From positions 1 through 17,531 of the forward strand of contig CAWJRJ010000029.1 of the NCBI GenBank assembly GCA_963845245.1: 17,531 bases of DNA, written 5' to 3'. The notes below the pieces were generated by a model, which did no database searches, had not been told where the DNA came from, and saw nothing but the letters and a program-made list of their open reading frames with translations. This stretch comes from Nitrospirota bacterium (lineage in GTDB: Bacteria > Nitrospirota > JACRHJ01). The position numbers were made by a program, and so were the translations under genes. Shown one piece after another: positions 1-7,049 of this stretch. Position 1 is the first letter of the stretch. Every line of letters begins with the position of its first letter.

Positions 1-55
1 CCACGTATTGTCCTGCGGATCGACTCCGCGGGACCCGGCCAACAGCGCGCGGGGG

Positions 56-572
56 TCAGCGCTTCGCGGAGCCGCCGCGTGAAGGCGACATCCATGCCGG
101 AAAAATCGTGCTCGATCCCGATCGCGTCAAGGATCTGCGAGATCTGCCCGCGGTGGTGGGTCCCGTGGGTGAAGGACTGGCAGAGGAGAAATATAAAGCG
201 GTACGGCAGCAGGGTTCTCCGCCGTACCAGTCGAGGGGAACGGGTTTCGAAAAATCCTCCTCGCCGAGGGCGGCGATGAAATCGATGGTCGCCTGATCGG
301 CGATCGCGGAGGCCTTTTTGAGCTCCTCCCATTGCGCTTTCGAGAGCAGCTCTCCTTCGGGGATCGTCAAGCCCTCGGTGGCCTTGAGCGCGCCTGCCGC
401 CGAGGGAAATGCCGCCCGGAACATGCCATGGAAATAGGGTGTCCCGCCGGTCACGTGGGACATGAGGCCGGAGAGACTCTTGTAGTAGCTCTTCCTGGTC
501 CTCGTTACCTTGCGCCTTCTCCGGCTGCAGGCCGTCGAGTAGGGCGATGACCGCGCGGCATTGGCCCGCCGC
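56..572 (-). pseudogene. DinB/YfiT-superfamily protein, 5'-truncated and frameshifted (probably chimeric, error-rich sequence)
   Basis: Pieces in alternating frames read (R)AN-AVIALLDGLQPE, then RKSYYKSLSGLMSHVTGG, then FTHGTHHRGQISQILDAIGIEHDFSGMD. The H...HxxHHRGQ pattern is the DinB-family metal-binding signature. No start codon is present because the sequence joins directly to the EF-G gene. The 3' end is uncertain. Confidence 0.7.
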
Positions 573-1731
573 GCCCGTAACGGTATCTTTCAGTTTAGCG
601 ACAGCGCCGATCTCGCCCGCCTTCAGCACCTGCGCCGGGATCTGCTTCTTGCCCATCAGGTAGAACACCTGGCCTATGCGTTCTTCCTTGGACTTGTTTG
701 CGTTATAAACGGTGGAGTCAGACTTTATCTGGCCGGTGACCACCCTGAAAAGGCTGAGCTTCCCGGCGAAGGGGTCGGCAATGGTCTTGAACACTATAGC
801 GGAGAATGGCCCCGACTGGCTGGTTTTGCACTCCGTATCCTCGCCCTTCTCGTTTTTGCACTTGAAGCCCGCACGTTATCGTCCTCTGCACTGGGTTCGG
901 GAGGATATCGCTTATGAAATCAAGCAACTGCGGCACACCTATCGCCTTGGGCGGCGCACCGCAGAGTATGGGTACCAGAGTCTCGCTCAACGTGCCGGTA
1001 CGAAGGCCCCTTATCAGCTCTTCGTTTGTAAGCTCGCCGGTCTCCAGGTATTTCTCAAGCAGGCAGTCCTCGCACTCGGCCACTTTCTCTATGAGCTTGT
1101 TGCGAAACTCGTCGGCCTCGTCCTTCATCTCCGGCGGGATGTCGGTCTCCTTGAACTTCCCGCTCCCGTCCGTCTCGTAGATGTAGGCCCTCATCTTCAG
1201 CAGGTCGATGACCCCCCTGAAGCTTGCCTCCGAGCCTATGGGTATCTGGACCGGCACAGCCTCATGGCAGAAGCCCTTCTCCATCTGACCGACTACCATC
1301 CTGAAGTCGGCACTCTCCTTGTCCATCTTGCCGACAAATATCACCCTGGCAAGTCCGAATTCGGCGGAGTATTCCCATACCTTCTCGGTCTCGGCCTTAA
1401 TGCCCGAAAGCGGGCTCACGATAAGCACCGCGGCGTCTACTGCACGCAGGCATCCTTTGGCGTCTTCAAGAAAATTTATGTATCCGGGGGTGTCGATGAG
1501 GGTTACTTTGGAGTTGTTCCATTCGAGGAAGGCTGTAGCGGAGCTGATGCTTGACTTTCTGGCGATCTCTTCGGGTTCGAAATCGGTTACGGTGTTGCCT
1601 TCTTCCACCCTGCCGAAGCGGTCCGTGGCCTTTGCCATAAACAGCATGGCCTCGGTAAGGGTGGTCTTTCCGGCACCGCCGTGTGATATTATAGCGACAT
1701 TTCTCATGTCCTCCACTGCGTAGTCTTTCAT
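573..1731 (-). CDS. fusA: Elongation factor G paralogue (EF-G2-like): G domain and domain II only, one frameshift at ~870-885, truncated at ~573
   Basis: Motifs RNVAIISHGGAGKTT and DTPGY are present, with RBS AGGAGG before the ATG at 1731. After the shift the frame reads FKTIADPFAGKLSLFRV...AGEIGAVAKLKDTVTG, which is EF-G domain II, and homology then stops. Switch I is RKSSI rather than RGITI, which points to the second EF-G paralogue. Confidence 0.88.
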
Positions 1732-1768
1732 ATTACCTCCTGGTTACTATGAAATATACTTGATGGCT

Positions 1769-3224
1769 CTAATTTATACTATACGCTATATATAACGGAT
1801 TCTTTGCCCTAATAATCAAAAGTACCGCAGTATCCCCCTTTCTCAACTTGCCTGAAGCCTTCTTGAAATCTCCAAGTCCTTCGACCTTATCCTTACCTAT
1901 TGCCGTTATCAGATCTCCAACCATTACCCCGGCCTTTTCGGCGTTGCTGCCCTCTGCAACCTCGACGACCACGGCACCCTTTGGAACCCATACCGTATGA
2001 CACGTCAACCGGATGAATGGTTATTCCAAGGGCCTCGGACTTCGCGACGTCGGGCTTTTCCGTAGCAGCCTTCGCCTGGAGGTCGTTCAGTCTCGTCTAT
2101 CCTGGCCTTAATGGATTTTTCCTGCCTGTCCCTCAATATCCTTACATCGACGGTCTTACCCACCTTCGTCTCCGCCACAATGTTCTGAAGCTGGTGGGAA
2201 CCGGTTATCTTTGTACCATCGAAAACGGTTATAACATCACCAACGGCGAAATGCGCACGTTCGGCGGGGCTTGAAGGATATACCTTGTTTACCAGTACAC
2301 CGGTTTTGCCGGGTATCCCGAACCCAGTGGCAAGTCTCTGGAGTAAGGTCTTGTATGCCTACGCCCAAGCCAGCCGCGCACTACCTTACCTTTTTCGATC
2401 AAGTCCCTGGATATTTCTCTGACCGTGTTTATCGGTATGGCGAACCCGATGCCCTGCCCAACCGTCAAAATGGCCGTATTTATGCCTATAACCTCTCCAT
2501 TACTGTTAAGGAGCGGCCCGCCGGAGTTACCGGGATTTATCGACGCGTCAGTCTGGATAAAGTTCTCATACTGGGTCAGGCCCATATCGGCCCTGCCGGT
2601 CCCGGATACCACCCCGACCGTAACTGTATGGTCGAGCCCAAAAGGGTTCCCTATGGCGATCGCCCATTGGCCTGACTGAAGCTTGGATGAGTCTCCAAGA
2701 CGAGCCGCAGGGAATTTGCCCTTGTCTGATATTTTCAACACGGCTATATCTGTCTTGGAATCAAGGCCGATAACCTTCCCGGCGAATTCCCTGCCATCAG
2801 TAAGTTTTACCTTTATATCGGTAGCATCCGACACCACATGAGCGTTGGTTACTATATATCCGTCTTGAGAGACGATAACGCCCGAGCCGGCAGTGTTCTC
2901 CACGTGTTCCTGTTTGTCACCGCCACCGTATCCGTGGTACCTGTCTTTTGGCATGGGGCCTTGCCCGGGAGGCATCTGGGATGAGTCCTCGTCGTCACTG
3001 ACCTTCTGCGAACTGCTGATGTTCACCACGGACGGCGAGACTTCCTTTGAAGCCTTTATAAAAAAACCTTCAGACTCCTTCACCCCTACGCCTTCGGCTT
3101 TTAAGGGTGCATGCGAAACTGCCTGTGTAAGCTCCGGCGGAGCCTTTTTCTGGCAGCCGGAAATGACAAGGGCAGCGGCAAAAAACAGGAACGCGATCTT
3201 AAACGGCTTTTTCATGGTATTCAT
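1769..3224 (-). CDS. Do/DegP/HtrA-family serine endoprotease with two PDZ domains, predicted lipoprotein; several frameshifts between ~1980 and ~2370
   Basis: Catalytic triad motifs TNAHVV, TDIAVL and QTDASINPGNSGGPL are present, followed by RGWLG. Shifted frames give PDZ1 (GVLVNKVYPSSPAERA...GDVI) and PDZ2 (VVVEVAEGSNAEKAGVMVGDLI). The N-terminus MKKPFKIAFLFFAAALVISGC ends in a lipobox. The start may be 3215 instead of 3224. Confidence 0.9.
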
Positions 3225-3648
3225 CCAGGATTTTGGTTATCACCGGTCTGAGCGTGTTCTCTTTGTTGACTGCGGTGTTGTATAACCTTACCAGAAAAAG
3301 TGAAATTGCGAGGAAAAAAACGCCGCCGATAGCCTGCCAGAAATCCTCTTTTATGGCAGGATAGAGCATCGGCCCGTACTTCCCACCCAGGCCCGCTCCG
3401 ATGAAAAGAAATAGCACCGGGACCATATATACAAGAAATGACGCCTTCAAAAAGGCGCCTGCAGGAAGTTCCACCATCACATGCTGACCTGGCTTTGCAC
3501 CTGCGCTGTTGTCGGCCTCGATAACGCGTCCGCCTTCCGATACCTTGCAGGAGCCCGAAGACGAGCAGCCCTCACAGCCGCCACCGCCAGCGACTTTCAC
3601 GACGGCCAAGCTGCCTTTGACTTCGATTACTACTCCAACTTCATCCAT
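3199..3648 (-). CDS. RseC/MucC-family membrane protein (SoxR-reducing system RseC-like)
   Basis: N-terminal E-x-G-x-V, the Cys motif CEGCSSSGSC, then N..GAKPGQHVMVEL and ASFLVYMVP, followed by two TM helices. Its start overlaps the cimA stop (TAATG). Confidence 0.85.
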   Translation of the reverse strand: MDEVGVVIEVKGSLAVVKVAGGGGCEGCSSSGSCKVSEGGRVIEADNSAGAKPGQHVMVELPAGAFLKASFLVYMVPVLFLFIGAGLGGKYGPMLYPAIKEDFWQAIGGVFFLAISLFLVRLYNTAVNKENTLRPVITKILDEYHEKAV

Positions 3649-5209
3649 TATTCGTCCTTCAACAATCTATATTCGATGCTGTCAACCAGCGCTTCCCAGG
3701 ACGCTTCGATGACGTTCTCCGAGACGCCGACGGTGCCCCATTTACCGGTCTCGTCGCCGGATTCGATAAGCACTCGTACCTTCGCTGTAGTTCCCTCTCC
3801 GGCATTCAGGACGCGTACCTTGTAGTCTATCAGCCGCACGCCCGAGAGCTGAGGGAAATGCTTCTCAACAGCTTTTCTAAGTGCATTGTCCAGCGCGTTT
3901 ATCGGGCCGTTACCCATCGCTGCGGTGTATTCGAAATTGTCCTGCCCTACCCATACCCTTATGGTTGCCTCGGACACAGTCTCGTGCTTGGCCTCGTACC
4001 ATTCCACAATAACGCGGTAGCCCTCAAGCTCGAAAAACTTCTTGTGTTTGCCGGTGGCCTTTTTTATAAGAAGCTCGAAAGAGGCGTCAGCGCCCTCGTA
4101 CTGGTAGCCCTCGCTCTCCATGTCCTTAAGGGTCCGAAGGATATGCTTCACCTGAGGCGAGTTCCCACTCAAGTCGATCCCGTATTCCTGGGCCTTCTGG
4201 ATTACATTGCTCCGGCCGGACAGGTCTGATACAGCACCCTCTGCGAGTTGCCGACAAGCTCGGGCTTAATGTGCTCGTAGGTCTCGGACAGCTTCATCAC
4301 CGCGTTTACGTGGATTCCGCCCTTGTGCGCGAAGGCGGAATCTCCCACATAAGGCTGGTGTTTGAAATGCCTGAGGTTTGCAATCTCGGACACAAACCGC
4401 GATATTTCACGGAGCTTCTTTATGTTCTCCTCCGGTATGCAGTCAAGCCCCATCTTGAGTTTCAATGACGGGATAACCGAGCAGAGGTTCGCGTTCCCGC
4501 ACCTCTCGCCGTAACCGTTTATCGTACCCTGCACCTGCACCGCGCCGAGCTTCACGGCCATCAGGCTGTTGGCGACGGCGGCCTCGGAATCGTTATGGGT
4601 GTGTATGCCGAAGGGCGTCTTGAGCTTGCCTTTGACGTCCTCTATTATGCCTGCCAGCTCCCAGGTAAGCGTGCCCCCGTTGGTGTCGCAGAGCACAATA
4701 CATCCGGCCCCGGCATCAGCAGCCGCTTCAAGGGTCTTTATTGCATATTCCGGGTTGGCCTTGTAGCCATCGAAAAAATGCTCGGCGTCATAGAATACCT
4801 CTTCCATATTCTGCTTCAGGAATGATACCGAGTCGTGTATCATGTCGAGGTTTTCCTTAAGCGTTACCTTCAGCGCCTCCCTGACATGCAGGTCCCAGGT
4901 CTTCCCGAATATTGTGGAGACCTTCACGCCGGAATCGACTAACGCCTTCAGGTTTTGGTCATCCTGCGCCTTAACGCCATGCCTTCTGGTGCTGCCAAAG
5001 GCGGAAACTTTTGCGTTTTGCAGGCTAGCTCCTTTAATTTGTCCGAAAAATGCAACGTCGCGCGGGTTAGACCCCGGCCAGCCACCCTCGATATAATGCA
5101 CGCCAAGCTCGTCGAGTTTCATGGTGACGCGCACCATGTCCTCGACCGAAAACGAGACATCTTCGGCCTGAGCTCCATCCCGCAAAGTGGTATCGTATAT
5201 CTTTATCAT
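3648..5209 (-). CDS. cimA: Citramalate synthase (LeuA/CimA family, ~520 aa), single 1-nt deletion at ~4232
   Basis: Motifs [46 protein letters not shown] and AFAHKGGIH are present. Restoring one G gives [14 protein letters not shown], which joins the C-terminal regulatory domain ([35 protein letters not shown]). Confidence 0.93.
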
Positions 5210-5518
5210 GATTTCATGGCCCTGAGATTAAAGTTGAGCTGACCACTACGGCTGAGTTATTCCAAAGCTCAGACGAAGGGAAAAAAGCATATCATTACAG
5301 TATTTTATATCATTAACGTGTTATAAAATCAAGAAATTACTGGGAACCGCACTGTACGCGGGCGTTTTTACACTTTACGCACCGCAGTAGAAATCCATCT
5401 TCAGCGTATGATTTATTATGGCCGGGAAAAATGGCAAGGTTAGAATGGTACAAAACTCCGAAGGTTTCTACGATTTTACCATACGAAGGATTTCAGGAAT
5501 CTTACGGAAACCGCGGCC

Positions 5519-5719
5519 CTAAACCCTGGACACCATCTGTACCGGCCTTCGCCGCTCTAGCCCTGTCCAAGCTTTACCATCGCTGCGGCGGTCTTTAAAC
5601 AGGGTATTACAGGCAAAATACCAATGTTCTATCATCTGGCGTTTGACCGCGCAGACGCAGGCCTGTCCCTTTTCCTTCCCGCATTCGTGGTGTTTGCAAT
5701 ATCCGCACAGATAACGCAT
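5519..5719 (-). CDS. Small Cys/His-rich hypothetical protein (66 aa) with a DRR...ERRR tail
   Basis: Pattern CxxCxHHxC...CxC...HWYFAC followed by DRRS...GLERRR. It has its own promoter-like element and a purine-rich RBS-like stretch (GAAAGCGGGTAGGT) before the ATG. Confidence 0.55.
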   Translation of the reverse strand: MRYLCGYCKHHECGKEKGQACVCAVKRQMIEHWYFACNTLFKDRRSDGKAWTGLERRRPVQMVSRV

Positions 5720-5765
5720 ACCTACCCGCTTTCGTTAAACGTTACAGCACTGACTCTTATATATG

Positions 5766-5792
5766 AGTATAGCACAAAAAAATAAATGTCAA
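5766..5792 (-). promoter_or_regulatory. Putative sigma70 promoter for the 66-aa ORF
   Basis: TTGACA, 15 nt (containing a T homopolymer), then TATACT, preceded by TGc as an extended -10. Confidence 0.55.
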
Positions 5793-5854
5793 GTATGGGT
5801 GGATGGCGCACGGCGCGCATGCAAAGTGATCGGATTGAAAAACGCTGGTTTTTT

Positions 5855-5943
5855 TGGTGCCGAAGGCCGGAATCGAACCGGCACGACCCTTACGGATCAG
5901 CGGATTTTAAGTCCGCTGCGTCTACCAATTCCGCCACTCCGGC
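5855..5943 (-). tRNA. tRNA-Leu (anticodon TAA), 89 nt, CCA encoded
   Basis: Acceptor stem GCCGGAG/CTTCGGC, anticodon arm GCGGA-CTTAAAA-TCCGC, long variable arm, T arm GCCGG-TTCGATT-CCGGC. Confidence 0.97.
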
Positions 5944-6006
5944 CGGTGTGGTACTTTAAGATGTGCCGTATCGTCTAATGATTAGACAATACGGTTAGAG
6001 AGAAGA

Positions 6007-6081
<75 letters not shown>

Positions 6082-6153
6082 ATAACAAAAGCCGGAAAGG
6101 AGTTCTCACGATTCAAGAATTTTTATCGTGCCCCTTACCGGCATTGTGTTTTA

Positions 6154-6228
6154 TGGAGCGGGTGGCGAGATTTGAACTCGTGACTCCGACCTTGGCAAGG
6201 TCGTACTCTACCACTGAGTTACACCCGC
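6154..6228 (-). tRNA. tRNA-Gly (anticodon GCC), 75 nt, CCA encoded
   Basis: Acceptor stem GCGGGTG/CACCCGC, anticodon arm CGACC-TTGCCAA-GGTCG, T loop TTCAAAT. Confidence 0.96.
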
Positions 6229-6254
6229 ATTAACATTGCGCTTTCGAGGTTCAT

Positions 6255-6283
6255 AATATAAAAGATGAAGGCGGATTTGTCAA
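6255..6283 (-). promoter_or_regulatory. Sigma70 promoter of the tRNA Gly-Cys-Leu operon
   Basis: TTGACA-17 nt-TATATT, ending ~26 nt upstream of tRNA-Gly. Confidence 0.8.
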
Positions 6284-6296
6284 CAGAAATTTTAGG

Positions 6297-6956
6297 TTAA
6301 CCCTTGTCTTTTATCGATTTCATCTTTTCAATAAGCTCTTCCCGCTTTATTATGCCCTTCTCTATAAGGAGATAGGCCACCGCCTTGGCGATAAGGTCTG
6401 CCGATGGCTCGGTCTTCTTTGGGGCGGCAGGTATTTCGTCCTGACCCTGACGGTTGCCGTAGTGTATGATCTCGGCCTGCGAGTCGTCGCTCTTTAGCTC
6501 TACCTTATAGTCCCGTCCGCCGTTCTTGCCGGAATAATACTTCTTGATGGCTTTCTTTATCAGTGCCTCGACGGCAAGGACGCCTTTTACCTTCTTACCA
6601 AGCTTGAAGCCGATCTCGTCCGCGACTGCCAGGTCGAAGGGGTTGCTCATCGCGAGCGTCACCACGGACCCGTCTACCCTCAGCGGAAGGACGGTATACC
6701 TGAGCGCGTCCTGCATCGGCATAAGTTCTAGGGCCTTGGGGTCTGGTACGAGTTGGCTCTCCTTAAGGCATCGCTGCTTGAGCTGGTCCTCAAGGACATG
6801 CCTTATGACGTCTTCGGTTATGAAGCCCATCTCCAGCAGGGCGGAGCCGAGCTTGCCGCCCCAGTTTTTCTGGTGGCCGATTGCGGAGCGGAGCTGTACC
6901 TCGTCAATGAGCCCTTCGTCGAGGAGTATCTCTCCGAGTTTTTTTCTGGGTGCCAT
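6297..6956 (-). CDS. Stand-alone MshEN (GSPII_E N-terminal) domain protein, 219 aa, no ATPase domain
   Basis: Two tandem MshEN-type motifs (KLGEILLDEGLIDEVQLRSAIGHQ and KLGSALLEMGFITEDVIRHVLEDQ), then VLPL...LAMSNPFDL. RBS GGAG lies before the ATG at 6956. Confidence 0.85.
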   Translation of the reverse strand: MAPRKKLGEILLDEGLIDEVQLRSAIGHQKNWGGKLGSALLEMGFITEDVIRHVLEDQLKQRCLKESQLVPDPKALELMPMQDALRYTVLPLRVDGSVVTLAMSNPFDLAVADEIGFKLGKKVKGVLAVEALIKKAIKKYYSGKNGGRDYKVELKSDDSQAEIIHYGNRQGQDEIPAAPKKTEPSADLIAKAVAYLLIEKGIIKREELIEKMKSIKDKG

Positions 6957-7002
6957 CGTATTACTCCGGTATAACAAGTAGAATTAATTGAGTTGTGCAC
7001 TT

Positions 7003-7031
7003 AAAATACCAACTGCCTAAACTTATGTCAA
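7003..7031 (-). promoter_or_regulatory. Putative sigma70 promoter of the MshEN gene
   Basis: TTGACA-17 nt-TATTTT. Confidence 0.6.
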
Positions 7032-7049
7032 TATAAAATGCTTTCGAGG

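Noticed and set aside
1..880. Genuine EF-G domain II-DinB fusion protein
   Set aside because: The middle of DinB is in another frame, EF-G domains III-V are missing, and the region is error-rich. A chimera is more parsimonious.
561..1723. Plus-strand ORFs 561-917, 712-1554 and 1319-1723
   Set aside because: They are antisense shadows of the EF-G gene.
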